DNA of 64,000 nt from the human T2T-CHM13v2.0 reference genome, Homo sapiens: NCBI RefSeq assembly GCF_009914755.1, contig NC_060933.1; one strand, 5' to 3'. Positions 30,017-48,000 of this stretch are shown one piece after another (the first letter of the stretch is position 1; every line of letters begins with the position of its first letter). Both the position numbers and the translations under genes were made by a program. A model generated the notes under the pieces. That model ran no database searches and was not told where the DNA came from. It worked only from the letters and a program-made list of their open reading frames with translations.

Positions 30017-30516
30017 CAGCAAAATTTGATTTGCTTGGAATACAAAACCACGTATACACTGTGAGTCTAACATAAACCTTTATATCATTTGAGGTGGTGG
30101 TTCTGAAACTGTATAATCGATGACTTTATTCTTTTTCTTTTCCCTTTCCCCAAAATGATCTAGTCAAGTTGCTGATGCAAAAGTCAGCATCTAATGTAAT
30201 AAAAAATGTAAGACAAAGCCCACAAAGCCAGTAAATAACCTCTTTGTCTCTGATGCATGTCAGGAAATTGAAGTAAATAGATTTAAAACTCTAGCATTAC
30301 AGACGATGAGATTAAAAAGCCATTAGTAGTCATAAACCCATTATAACTCTGGGCACCCAAAGACTGTTATGGAGAAATTTCTTGGCCAAATAAAAAACAT
30401 ATTGATATTATCCTTCTTTCATTATTCAATAAAAGGTTTAAGGCCTTGCTGTTAGCATGATACTGCTTTCTGTAATGTGTGCTTTTAAGAAGAAAAACTT
30501 CCATATGTATCCTTAC

Positions 30517-30603
30517 CTTTTTAAAAGACACAAAGATAAAAGAACAACAAAGGTGACCACTTGCTTCATTGACATCATAAGTAAGGCAGCATCATTTAAT
30601 GGT
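30517..30603 (-). other. Candidate exon (87 nt) of an unidentified minus-strand transcript
   Basis: Acceptor gggtttttctccattcag| and donor AAG|gtaagg. Splice signals only. Confidence 0.3.
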
Positions 30604-31681
30604 CTGAATGGAGAAAAACCCTTGCGTACTTTCAGTTTCTCCATCTGCTTTCTTTCTTAGTCTTTTCTCTTTCTGCCCTGCCACTTACCAATATTCTTCA
30701 TAAACAATGAACCATGGTAGCTGGAACAATAAATGTCTTTTCTAAGCTCCTAAAAATAGAACTGTGTACTTCAGCAGACAAGGAAGAGGGGATTCTATTC
30801 TTATTGTTTCCCTTCAGGTATTCCTTTCAAAAAATGGATCCAAGGAGAAAGGCAATAACTCAAAGGCTATATTGTAAATACAGGGCCAGAATAGGCACTT
30901 ATGGGAAGAAGCATGAGATACAGAAAATAAAAAACTGCTGGTCAGTAGGTATGACCATCTAAGACACTGGTGGAATCAGGTAATGAATAAAATAAAACTC
31001 AATATTTTAAGATATGAATTTATTCTCAATTTTTAATGGTACCTTTTGGCACATTCACTAAAATTCCAAATTCTCTAAAATATGTTCGCATTTATGTTCA
31101 TATATTAAATGAAATACGACCTCCATAAATGAATGCAGTGTACTAGTTTGCCACTCCCATCCCCATATTCCTGAAGAAAATCAACTGGAATGAAATTAAC
31201 ATTAAAGGAGAACTGTGTCATGAAATGACTGGTAACTCTTAGACTTGGCGGAGTTCTACTTCATTTTATTAATGTTTCAATTACATCACTGCATTTCCCC
31301 CTTCTTTTTCACCATTTTACTTTATCTTATTAATTCCTCACTTTACTACACTTACAGTTATTTCTCCATCATTTTAAGAAAATTTACTCTAGGTTACAAG
31401 CATTGTGATATTAAATGTGGAGGATACGGGACCTTAAAATTTACTGAAATACCTGTGCAATTATAAAAGATTTCTACTGCATGAATAAGGCACTGGTTGA
31501 AAACTGAAAAACTATCTTTCCACAGAATAAGTCAAAATTATTATTAAAATAATCAACACTGGAATGTATTTTTAAATTATTTTTGAGAAACAATTAAAAT
31601 GTTTCTTTGATCAGTATATGAATATATACTGGTTAAAAAAGAGGCTAAATCAAAACATGATTTAAAAACTACGACTGCCTC

Positions 31682-32304
31682 TTTACACTGTTGGTGGGAC
31701 TGTAAACTAGTTCAACCATTCTGGAAGTTGGTGTGGCGATTCCTCAGGGATCTAGAACTAGAAATACCATTTGACCCAGCCATCCCATTACTGGGTATAT
31801 ACCCAAAGGATTATAAATCGTGCTGCTATAAAGACACATGCACACGTATGTTTACTGCGGCACTATTCACAATAGCAAAGACTTGGAACCAACCCAAATG
31901 TCCAACATGATAGACTGGATTAAGAAAATGTGGCACATATACACCATGGAATACTATGCAGCCATAAAAAAGGATGAGTTCATGTCCTTTGTAGGGACAT
32001 GGATGAAACTGGAAACCATCATTCTCAGCAAACTATCACAAGGACAAAAAACCAAACACCACCTGTTCTCACTCATAGGTGGGAATCGAACAATGAGAAC
32101 ACATGGATACAGGAAGGGGAACACCACACACCGGGGCCTGTTGTGGGGTGAGGGCAGTGGGGAGGGATAGCATTAGGAGATATACCTAATGTAAATGACG
32201 AGTTAATGGGTGCAGCACACCAGCATGGCACATGTATACATATGTAACAAACCTGCATGTTGTGCACATGTACCCTAAAACTTAGAGTATAATAAAAAAA
32301 AAAA
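31682..32304 (+). mobile_element. 5'-truncated L1PA4/5-like element
   Basis: ORF2 C-terminus plus 3'UTR. 18-bp TSD aaaaacta(c/t)gactgcctc (31664-31681 / 32300-32317) at a TTT/AAAAA site. Confidence 0.96.
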
Positions 32305-33499
32305 CTATGACTGCCTCATGAAAAATAGCTGGTTGTAATTGGGTTGTTTATTTAGTAAACTGTCGAGTAGTTGGATGAAATTAGCAATACTATTTTGTGT
32401 AAGCATTGATATCATTAACTCTTCTCCTTATGAAATTGAGGTCCCTTAAGTTTTCAGAAAAAAAAAAAAAAAAGTATTACCTACCACCTATCACCAGGGC
32501 AGCATCCTAGAGGTCATCTAAAAACCAATGTACTTTTTGGAGCATCTAACAAATAAAAGAATGGTCAAAGTGGTGTTTCAGCTTTCAGTAAATAACTAAT
32601 GAGCTAGCTAGGTTCTCTATATCTACTCCTAGCTTAACTTAAGGCCCAGAAACTGTGGACCCATTATTTGCTTGTACTGGGGCCTGAGCCTCTTGGTTCT
32701 AGCATACTGTACAGCCAATCCATTACAAATGTGTTAACCACACATAGGGTGTTAATTGGAGCTTGGTATCCTCTGGAGCATGACAAATTAATTCTCTACC
32801 AGTTAGAAATAAATAAAACTCAAAAGAGCTTTTATTAATTACCTTTTATTTAGAAAATTTAACCCTTTTTGGACTACCCCATTTACTTATCACCAGTTTA
32901 AATAAAATTAAATAGCAATTTATACCTATATCTATTCTGGTCACACAAAATATATTAGTGTAGACTTGTGATTAACATGGGGTTTTCTTATATGTTCTAT
33001 TTATTGCATGATACAATTTCTTTCCTTGATTGAAAAGTCACTCCACAGGTGATTGTTGCAATCTTGCTGCAGTATAATATAAATTTGCTTCAGTATAATC
33101 TAATTGGAAGGCATTATTGCATAATTGTTAGGAGAGTACCCAAAAAGACAGGTGGGACTGGACACAGATTTTCTGTCTTAAAACTAGCTCTACTAATTAC
33201 TACATATGTGATTGGAAAAACTTTGATTCATTTGGTTCTCATATGTAATATGATTCAAAATATCTCTTAGGGTTGCTGTGAAGATGAGATGTAAATGGCA
33301 CACATATTGTTGAGTGTAAAATCTCTGCATATGGATTGTAACAATTCATATCTATAAATCATGGATTATATTCAGAAAATGTCATCACATTTTCTGGTCT
33401 TGAGCAAGTTTTACAAGATCATGTATTTTTAAAATTCCTTTCAACATTTGGCAAGCCCGTAACTTCCTTTTGATCAGGTTAACAGAGTTATCAGACCCA

Positions 33500-33960
33500 C
33501 CCTTGTAAATGCACCTCATCATGTTACTTCTCTTTACAAGATCCTTTCCAACAGCTTTTCATTACAGTCAAAGACAAAGCCCATCTTTTAATGCCCTCCT
33601 AGGCCTTGCATTCTCCACCATTCTCTCCACCACTCATTCTGCTCCTGGCACACTGGTCTGCTCTCTGACCCTCCAATCTTCCAAAGGAAGTAAGCTCCTG
33701 CTCAGGATTTTTAATTTTTGTTCTCCAGTTTTCTGAATGATTTATTTCTACATGTCCTCCAGGTTTCTAGTCAAATATCACCTTATTAGAGAACATTGAT
33801 GTCCCCATTATATAAAAGAAAAAGAAATCCTCCATCCTTCGTCTTCCATCTTTTAACCCTTTTTAGTTAGCCTAAACCAGAATATAAATTCCATGAGAGG
33901 AAGGATTTTTTTTAAATGCCTACAACAGTCACAGTCACATGGCAGGGACTTGAATGAGTT
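33500..33960 (+). mobile_element. L2 3' fragment
   Basis: catcatgttacttctct...ctctccaccactcattctgctcctggcacactgg...aatataaattccatgagaggaagg...ggcagggacttgaatgag. Confidence 0.6.
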
Positions 33961-33964
33961 AGAA

Positions 33965-34415
33965 TGAGGTTTGGCTAACAATTGTAAAATCCAAAGTGAC
34001 AATGGCTTAAACAAAACAGAAGTTTGTTACATTCTCTTGTAAAAGTTCCCTATAGGTTTTCCAGGACTGGCATCATGCTCCCACTATCAGGATTGTGGGT
34101 TTCTTCATTTCAAGCCTTAACTTTCATGTGTCAGCTTCAATTCCAGACCTCCAGACCCCTATCTGTATTCTAGCCCGCATAAAGAAGAAAAGAAAAGAAG
34201 GCCACCCCCACATCCCCATGTAAGGACACTTTGCAAAGTTTGCACACATTACTTCCAGTATATCATATTGAATATTAATTAGTCATACAACCAAACTGAA
34301 CTGTCAAGGAGTTTGCAAAAGAGAGTATTCTGAGCAGATATGGCTAAAATTTTACAGTTATATTATTACAGAAAATAAGAAAAATAAATATTGGTGAACA
34401 ATTAGTAGACTTGGT
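33965..34415. mobile_element. Old ERVL-class LTR (LTR33-like)
   Basis: aatggcttaaacaaaacagaagtttg...gcacacattacttcc...ttagtcatacaaccaaactgaactgtcaagg resembles LTR33/old MLT1. Confidence 0.55.
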
Positions 34416-37133
34416 ATATTTCTCGATAAATATTTGCAGTAAAACTACATTAAAAAAAACTAATTTTTACTTCAGTTTTGATTCCATGAATTGCAAAGCA
34501 AATTCATGCAAGAGCAAAATATTCATTATATGGAGATATAATGATGATGGTCTAGCCATAGCTGTTTTTCATTCTTAACAAACTATTTTAATAATGAATG
34601 TTGAATATTCATTGGAATACTTCACTTTTAATTTAGAAGAAAATACACTGTATATAAAAACTGAACATATACAGTAAAATATTTGTTTTGCCATAGACTC
34701 ACAGTCACTTAACCTCTCATTCTTCTTTTTGATCTATCTAATAGAGAGTAAAGATTGATCAGCTCACTCAGATATCCTGGAGTTCAAGAAACCCTATTCT
34801 CTTCTGTTTCACTACATTTTATATCTCAAAGTTATTATTAGTAAAGTCTGCTTTTTAACAAACAAACAAAAAACCTAGTAAAAACAATCTCAATCTCACT
34901 TCCTTTTAAAAAATAAGCTTCAATGAATTTCCCCTGTCAATTGCATTTTCTGCCTCTGAGCCTTCTCTGAGCTATTTCCCTAATCTGTGAGGCAAGGGAT
35001 TCTGCCTGCCAGCTTCCTGAGCAGATCTAGGGGAAAATTAACACATCCACAACTGAGCTCAAGCATTGCTGACATCTGGTTTACTCATTTTCACAGCAAA
35101 CTTGCACTGCACCCTATTGCCATTTTCTTATGCACTGTTTTATCATGTGGCTCATTTCAAGAAAATGCATTTAACTTTTAGGTACTACTCTGTGGTATGA
35201 AGTGTGGCAAACAGGAAATAAAATAGCCTTGAAATAGCATTTCCACATATATGCGGCTATAATAATCACTTCATATCAAACCTCAGAACTTTTGATATTC
35301 TCTTTTTGGTAGAAGCTTATGAAACCAGGGACAACACTGATATGTAAAGAAACTAACCTCACTTTCCAAGAAGAATAAGAATAAAGTAACAATTAAAAAA
35401 TTACCCCTTTGTGTGGGTTGGAGTTTATTGTTATCCCAGAAAGAGAATAAAGAATAACTCTTATTCACTTGTTGGTTTAATGATTTTTTAATAGCAGGAA
35501 AATAAAACCAAAGTTGCAGACCTTTTGATTTTGAAAAATACCTTTGAAAATCACTGTGTTTATTTTTTGTGTTCTAGTAACTTGTTTGCTCCAATTTATG
35601 TAAAAGTTAGAGAAATCTCTTTAATGTGGACCTCATATAAGTTAGAATTTTTAATGAAATGCATAGTACTAAATAAAGATTCTGCTAAGAAATTTGTATA
35701 ATAAGATTTATAATACACACAATGACATATAATGATCAAATCATGCTTTATAGAGAATAGAAAATTAATGAAGAATCTCTATCTGCCAATAATTAGTTTA
35801 ATTTCGATGTTTTCATAAACTTAGTATTATTGAAACCACACGTAAAAATGTCTCTCTTCCATATCTTTATTGTGATTTCTGCTTCTAATCAGTCATTAAC
35901 AATGCATTCTTGAATGTTCTGTTTTTTAAAAAATAGATAAAATCTTCAGTTATATATTATTAATCTGCACCAAAATTTCAGATCATATAATATTGTTACG
36001 CTATTTGGGAGAAGAACTACAGAACTTGGAAGGAGAAAAAACTGTAGCATAACATTTATGAACGTTGAAATAGAAAATTAAGAATTTTATGAAAGCAGAA
36101 GATGGTAATTTAAATGTCTATGTGATATTTGAAAACATTTATCAACTGTCACTTGGAAATGTATATTAAAAATATTTTTACAACCCTAATTATCAGGTAG
36201 AAATATGTAGGCATAGATACGTTGAAGGTAGGGTGTTAAACTTCAGCAGATTCCCCATGTAGTCATGGGAGAAATCTTTAAAAGGTAGCTAAAATTTTAT
36301 TGCAAATTCCATGTTGCAGTTATAAATTTATATGGTTGTATGGCTAATAAAACTCTACTTTTGCTAAAGTAAAATTTCCTTTTTCATTATTAAAGAGTTA
36401 TAATACCTAACTTTAAATTACATAAGTGACTAACAATTTTGAAAATGGATAGTTTTAAAAATCTTAAAAGTGTTTGAAAATTAAATAACATTTTTAAAAC
36501 CAAATTATCAAATGTATTAGTTTTCTTCTATATTTTTCAATCAGCGTGAGTTTCACAAATGTGCACAGTTGTATTTGGAAAAGATATGAAGTTTTTACTC
36601 TTCATGAGACCACCCAAAAAATCCATTGACCAAAAGTTAAATATATTAGACCTAGTCACTGAAGGACAGCCCACCATAGAAGAGTCTCAACAGTTTTTTA
36701 CAATGGGAGCATTAGAGGGAAATATTTACAGAGCTTTAACACTGGTCTTAATTGTTTTAAGATGGATATTGCAAGATAGAGTACTGGTTGAGTGTGGTTA
36801 GAATATATGACATAATGGCTTAAGATAGGTGTGCGTAGAGAGTCAACAATTATGAAGAATTCTCAATAAACAAGCTGCTAGCCTTGATATGTACAGTGTT
36901 TTAATTGGCTCATGATCCTGTCTTCCAGGAACAAGTATTTTCTACAGCAATTCGTTCAGTTATTTTTGACTTTCCTCAATGTTTTATAACATGGGAAAAT
37001 ATGCCTGTTACTGTCATTTAATATAGAAACACATAATTTTTTGGCTTAAAAACATTCTATTTGTGTAAACAGAAACACAAATTATTAATAAATAGTATAA
37101 GTTTTTTTCTGATTACTGTTTGCAAATTTAATA

Positions 37134-37487
37134 CAGACAGTCCCAAACTTAAGATGGCATGACTTATGATTTTTTGACTTTAGGATGTTGTGAGAACAAT
37201 ATACATTCAGTAGAAACTGTACTTAAATTACTCATACAACTATTATATTTTCCACTTTCAGTACAGTAGTCAGTAATGACATATTCAACAATTTAATATA
37301 AAGTAAGTTTTATGTTAGTTGATTTTGCTCAACTATAGGCTAATGAATGTGTTCTGAGACTAAGGTAGGCTGGGCTAAGCTATAATGTTTGGAAGTAGAT
37401 GTATTAAGGGCATTATCAACTTAAAATATTTTCCATTTACATTGGGTTTGTTGGGATATCACCCCATCATATATTGAGGAGGACTTG
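37134..37487 (-). mobile_element. Tigger3a/MER7A-like TcMar DNA transposon
   Basis: TA followed by cagacagtcccaaacttaagatgg...cagtagaaactgtactt...ggtaggctgggctaagctataatgtttgg...ccccatcatatattgaggag. Confidence 0.85.
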
Positions 37488-37574
37488 TCTATATGTCTAA
37501 AAGTTTCTATTTATGCCTACTTATTCCTTTTAGTGCTATCTCATTGCTTCCCTTTGTGTAAATAAACTACTGTA

Positions 37575-41325
<3,751 letters not shown>

Positions 41326-42893
41326 TATCTGTACTATCCAAACTGATATGCAGATATACAAATTCAACAAAATGTCTAACAAAATTCCAATAGCATTTTT
41401 CAAAGAACAATTCTCAAATTCACATGGAACCACAAAAGACCCTGAATAGCCAAAGCAACCTTGAGAAAGAAGAATGAAGTTGGAAGGACCATACTTCCTG
41501 GCTTCAAATTATATTACGAAATATAGTAATCAAAATACTATAGTACTGGCATAAAAATAGACAAGTAGGACAATGGAACAGACTAGAGAGACCAGAAAAC
41601 AAAACTCAAGCAAATAGGGTCAAGTAATTTTTGACAAGGACATCAAGAATATATAATTAAGAAAGGATATCTCTTCAATGACTGATGTTGGAAAACTGAA
41701 TATTCTCATACAAAAAAATGAAATTAGAACATTATTGTACACCATTCATAAGAGTCAACTAAAAATTTATCAAAGACTTAAACTAAGTCCTAAAACCATA
41801 AAACTTCTAAAAGAAAGCACAGGGAAAAAGCCCCTTGATATTGACAACAGCAGTTTTTGTTATTGTCGTTGTTTTGGTTACAACACCAAAAGCTCAGGCA
41901 ACAAAAGCGAAAATAAACATTTTGTAAAAGCTTCTATACAACAGAAGAGACAATCCACAAAGTGAAAAAGTTATGTATGGATTGGGATAAAATATTTGCA
42001 AACCACACATCTGATAACGAGTTAATCTCCAAAACTTACAAGGATCTTACACAACTCAATGCCAAAAAAAAAAAAATTAAAAATAAATGATTATGAAGTG
42101 AGCAAATGAACCGAATAGACATTTTCCAAAGAAGAGAGACAAATGGCCAACACGTATATGAAAAGCTGTTCAACATTGTTAGTCATCAGGGGAATACAAA
42201 TCATAATGCAATGAGCTATCTTCTCATGCCTATCAGCATTGCTATTCTCAAAGAGACAAAAGATAAGTGTTGGCAAAGGCGTGGTGAAAAGGGAACCCTG
42301 ATACACTTTCAGTGGGAATTTAAATTGATGAAGCCATTATGGAAAACAGTATGGAGGTTTCACAAAAAAATAAAAATACACAGCACTATCATACAATCCA
42401 GCAATCTCACTTCTGGGTATATAGCAAATGGGAACAAAATCAGTAACACTTAGACATGTTATTTCTGTCTTCTTTGGTGCAGCATTATTTACAAAGGCCA
42501 AGATAGGAAAACAACCTAAGTATCCATCAATGGATGAATGGCTAAATAAATTGTGAGATATATACTCACACTATTCAGCCACCTGTGACAACATAGATGA
42601 GCCTGCAGGATGTTATGCTACGTGAACATGCCAGACACAGAAAGAAACGTATTGCATGATCTCACTTATGTGTGGAATTTTTAAAAGTCTAACTCAGAAA
42701 AAGTCAAAAGGTGGTTACTGTGAATGACAGGTTCAGGGGAGCAGATAAGGGATGATGGTCAAAGGGTACAAGTTTGGAGTTATGTCGGATGAGTAAGTCT
42801 AAAAATCTAATGTAAAGTGTGATGACTATAGTTTATAATATTGTATTGTATACTGAAAATTTGTCAAGAGAAATATATTTCAGGTGCTATTAC

Positions 42894-42934
<41 letters not shown>

Positions 42935-43082
42935 ACAGAGTGGAGGGGAGATAGAGAGAGAGAGAAAGAGAGACAGAGAAAAGGTAAATATGTGAGGAGG
43001 TATTAGACCGAAGTAATTATTTTAATATGTATAGCTATATAAAAACATCACGTTATACAACTTAAATGTATATAATAAATTT
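41326..43082 (+). mobile_element. L1MA8/9-like 3' portion
   Basis: ORF2 C-terminal similarity. 3'UTR gatgactatagtttataatattgtattgtatactgaaaatttg...aacatcacgttatacaacttaaatgta. Confidence 0.8.
42897..42980 (+). repeat. (CA)n followed by a GA-rich tract, inside an L1 3'UTR
   Basis: Directly visible. Confidence 0.95.
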
Positions 43083-44560
43083 AAAGACACATGTATAAAA
43101 AAAGGGCCTGATTTGTAACACTCTATTATGAAAATACATCAAAATATGTAAATAAATAGCAACCCAATTTTAAAAATTAATTATAGTGAGAATAATAAAA
43201 TTAATAATGGTTATGCTTTATGTTTATTATAAGATTTATCCATAATCATATGCTACTGTTATCTCCACTTAAAGCACACAGATACCAAGACAGACAAGCT
43301 CAAAACAATTTGAGAGGATCATCGATGGGTTGTGGCTAGAATTTGACTCAAATGCCTAAGTTTACCTACTAGGGTGAAAGGAACATTTCTACTTAAAATA
43401 ATTTAAAACAATATTGAGTAAGTGAAAAAGAAAGATATCATAGTTTTTTATTGTAAAACTAGGTGTTTCTATCCCAGAAAACAATCCAAGTGTTTTTCTC
43501 TAAAGATGGAACGAATTGTTTGGGAGACCAGGAACATTTAGTGGCCTAGAAAAATAAGAGGCGAGGTTGGCAAGTAATTTTTCCATATCCAGGATTTTAA
43601 TCAACCCCATTTTTTGGACCAATATTCTCTGATCTTGGGACCAATATATCTCTTTCTGCTGTTTCATACATATATTATGTAGACTTTCTGGTATCCTCCA
43701 AGGCATTTTGAATATCTCATTACCTGTATCTAACTTAAACTGTGGCTTTCTCCTTTTGTACCTATACTTAACACTCCTTAAGTTGATTCTCTTAGTGTCA
43801 AACTTGTTGAAATTTCTCATTGGTTATCTCTCTGTATTTGACATTGTTCTAACAGTCGTATAATCTGTTGCTGGGTGTTTATATGTAGTATTTTCATTAC
43901 AATATCATACTTTTGAAGAGCAAATCAATGGCCTGGGAAAAAAATCAGAGGGCATAGTGCCTCATTACCTCTTTGTTAATGTTTTTCTACCTCAATCCTT
44001 ACAATTTTTATCCCGTGTATGGACTTAAAATAGTGTGTGTTGTTGGTTGGGGGAAGATCATAAGTGAAGACAAGAGAGATGAAGTAAATAGATAGAGTTT
44101 GACAATGGGGCATTCTGGGGGAAGTTAACACCATGGAGTCGAAAACTTTGTTAGATACTTAGATATCTGGAAACTTTAGGCATTAATGTGTGTGAATATT
44201 TCTATATGAGTTCATAATAACGTACAAAAAGAACCCGCAAAGCAAACAGACTTGATGCTGAACTTGTTTATACCTTCCAAAGAGCCAAAAATTGAGAAGG
44301 CACTCATAAAAATTAATATCCAACCTCCACTTTCAAATTTTCAGTGTGACAAACTTCATAGAATAACTTCCCAGCAAAACAAATGAAACTGGTGAAAATT
44401 ACTTTAAAAAATCACATAATACCTGTTGAAATTGTCTTAAGGGTTTAAGTAAAAATAAAAAGTCACATTTATTCAGAGAAATCTATAGCTAAGAAAGGCC
44501 CTCCTGATGCCAAAACAAATCTTACAGAATTGCCTCAAAAACTATCCCTGCAAAGGGGCC

Positions 44561-45028
44561 TGTCTGAATCTATTTAGCAATGCCATAATACAATACCTGA
44601 GACTAGGTAGTTTATAAACAGAAATTTTTTGGCTCACAGTTCCAAAGGCTTTAAGTTTAAAGTCAAGGTGCCAATAGGTGATTTTCTTCTTTCTCTAACA
44701 AAACTGACTAAAGAAGAAATAGAAAATCACAATAAAACTATAACAAGTAAAAGACTGATTAATCTAAAACTACTCAAAATAGTGCAAGATGGCATCTTGC
44801 ATTCTGTGTACTTTAGACAGGAAAATTCGGATTCTCACATGGCAGAAAGCAAAAAGGCCAAAAGGCAAAAGGAAGCCAAACTCACCCTTTTATAACACTA
44901 TTCATCTCATATATGAGATAATTCTCATAGCCTTATAACCTCTTAAAGCCTCCACCCCTTCATACTGTTATAATGGCAATTAAATTTCAACTTGAGTTTT
45001 GGAGAGGGCAAACGTTTAAATTATAGTA
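44561..45028 (-). mobile_element. MST-family MaLR solo LTR (MSTC/D-like)
   Basis: aatacctgagactaggtagtttataaacagaaattttttggctcacagttc ... ggcaattaaatttcaacttgagttttggagagggcaaac. Degenerate 5-bp TSD gggcc/ggtct. Confidence 0.85.
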
Positions 45029-48000
45029 GGTCTAAATTTTACTAGATCAAATGGTGAAGTAATGTGTGCTCCAAAGCATCACTGAAAATTATAGATTAGT
45101 CAGCTGTCATTAGCGAGTCTAACAGCTGTATATGACATCAGCATCGGAAGACAGCTTAATAGAGAGATTAAGGGAAAAGACGAAGAGAACTTTGATAAAA
45201 CCATTGTCATCCAAAGGCAATGGCATATGCCTAGGGCTGTGCCTCTAAAAAGCAAAATATCAAGCTTCACACTGAGGAAGAAAATAGATTTTACAAAAAT
45301 AAACCTGCCAAATCACTATGTAAATAAGTGGGAAAATAAGAAAAGCCCTGAGGTGGGGTGGGAATCCGTATTTAGAGTTATTACACTATATTGTCTAAAT
45401 GTCTACTTTTCCACAGAAAATTACAAGAGACATAAACACACAGGACAGTATAGGAAAAAATAAGGCAACAGAAATTTCTTGGGAGAGGGTCCATATCTCA
45501 AATTTAACATCAGACACACAGATTTTAAAACAACAAAATAATCACTACCGTTAAAATTGAATATTTTATAAGGATAAAAGAGTTAACCCATCTGGAAGAT
45601 ATTACAACTTTAAACACATGTGCACCTAACAACAGAGCCTTAAATTACATACAACACAAACTTTAAAAATTGAAGAGAAATAAATAACTCAACAATAATA
45701 GTTTCACACTTCAATATGCTACTTTTAATAATGTATAAAATTACTAAGCAGAAGATGAAAAAAGAAATAGATGGTTTGGACAACATTATAAAATAAATAG
45801 AACTAACAGACATCTATAGCACACTCCACTCAACAACAGTAGAATAAACATTTTTCTCAAGTGCACACAGAATATTCCCTGTGAAAGATAATATGCTAGC
45901 CCATAAGCCCAGAATCAATACATTTAAAAGTATTAAAATTATATAAACAATATTCTCTGATAACAATGGAATTAAATTAAAAATATACACCAATAGGAAA
46001 TTTGAGTAATTAATATGCAAAAAAGAAACAACATATTCCTAAATAGCCAATAGGTTAAACAAGAGATTCCAAAATAAATTAGAAAATATGTTTTTGTAAT
46101 TAAACAGAAAATTCACATTAAACTTATGGAATGCAATTAAAGTTGCAAATAAATTAGTTAACTTTGATGAAACTGACAAATCCTAGAAAATCACAGAGTA
46201 ATAAAACTGACTCAAGAAGAATTAGAAAATTAGAATAAAATTATAACAAGTAAAAAGATGGATTTAGTAATCAAAAATTTCTCAAAAGAAAAGTTCAGGA
46301 ATAAATGACTTCACTGGTGAGCTCTACCAAATATTTAAAGGATATTTAATACCATTTTTTCACAAATTATTCAAAATGTAGAAGAGGAGGAAATATTACT
46401 CAATTCATTTTATGAGGCTTGTATAATTCAATTTTAAAGCCAACAAAGTCATAAGAAGGAAATTACTGTCCAATTATTCAAATGAGTATAGATACAAAAA
46501 TCCTCAATGAAGTATAAAAAAACTAAATTAAGCAACATATAAAAAAGAATTATGCACCATGAACAATTGAGATTTGAACAATTGAGATTTCTTCATGGTG
46601 CATAGGAATGCAACTTTGTTTTACATCTGAAGATTAATTAACATAATACACTATATATTATACAATAAAGAATAAAAGCCATCTGATCATCTCAATAGAT
46701 ATAGAAGTGCCATTTAACAAAATATACTGATCCTTCATTACAAAAATATTCAACACACTTAGAAAAGAACTTCCTCAATTTGAAAAAAGGCATCTACAAA
46801 AAAATTCAGCTAACATCAAAATACATGGGGGAAGAGTGAATTGTTTGTCCCTTAGATCAGGAACATGACAAATATGTTGCTTTTCACAATTTCTTTTTAA
46901 CATTTTATTGGAAGTTCTAGTCAGGGCAATTTAACAATAAATTAAAAGGCATTTAGATGATAAAAAAAAATAAAACTATCGTATTTGTAGATGCATTATC
47001 TATATAAGAAAACCTTTAAGAATCCACTAAATTATACTATGAGGACTAATGAACAAGTTCCAATAAGTTGCAGGATACAAATAAATATATTTTTAAAGCA
47101 AATTATTTTCTCTGTATGCTAGCAATCAATAACCCAGAAAAATAGTATGAAAAACAATACTAATTATAAAAGTAAAATAATAAAATTTAAAATAGAAACA
47201 ACGAAAGAAGCATAAAACTTACATTGCAAAATTACAAAACATTGTAAACAGTAAAAGAAGAACTAAGGAAATGGAAATATGTCCCATATTCATTAATTGG
47301 AATACTTAGTATCACTAAGATGGCACTGTTCTGTAAATTGATATACAAATTAAATGCCATATCCAATTCTTATCTAAATTCTATATGGTTTATTTGAAGA
47401 ATTTCCAAGCTTATACTAAAAGTCATAGGGAAATTCAAGTGCTCAGAATAGACAAAGCAATCTTGAAAAATAACAAAGTTGGAAGACTCAGCCTTCCCAA
47501 TTTCAAAATTTATTGCAATATCTTTGTCTTGATACTGCAATTAAGACAGTGTGGTACTATCATAAGGAGAGACATAAAAATCGATGGAATATAATTGAGA
47601 GTCCAGAAATAAATCCTGATAATTATGGCCAATAGATTTTCAACAAGGATGTTAAAATAATTCAATGATAAAAGATAGTTGTTGTTTTTTAACAAATGAT
47701 GCTGGAGCAAGTGGATAGCTGTATGCAAAAAAATTAAATATAATCTCTATACCATATCAAAAATTAACTCAAAATGGAATAAGTCTCTAAATATGAGTTA
47801 AAGGTTCTAAACTTGTGAAAATGATTTCTTGACACCAAAATCACAAGCACCAGAAAGAAAAACTGTATAAATTAAACTTGATCAAAGTAAAAACTTTTTT
47901 ACTTCCAATAATACCATAAAGAACAAAGACAACCCAGGAAGAGGGAGAAAGTATTCACATGTTACATATCTGATAAAAGGCTTGTATCTGGAATATGTAA

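Noticed and set aside
36559-36801. 80-aa plus-strand ORF in unique DNA
   Set aside because: No recognisable homology or convincing splice donor. The length is expected by chance.
43500-43820. 106-aa minus-strand ATG ORF
   Set aside because: No recognisable domain, and the composition reflects AT-rich DNA.
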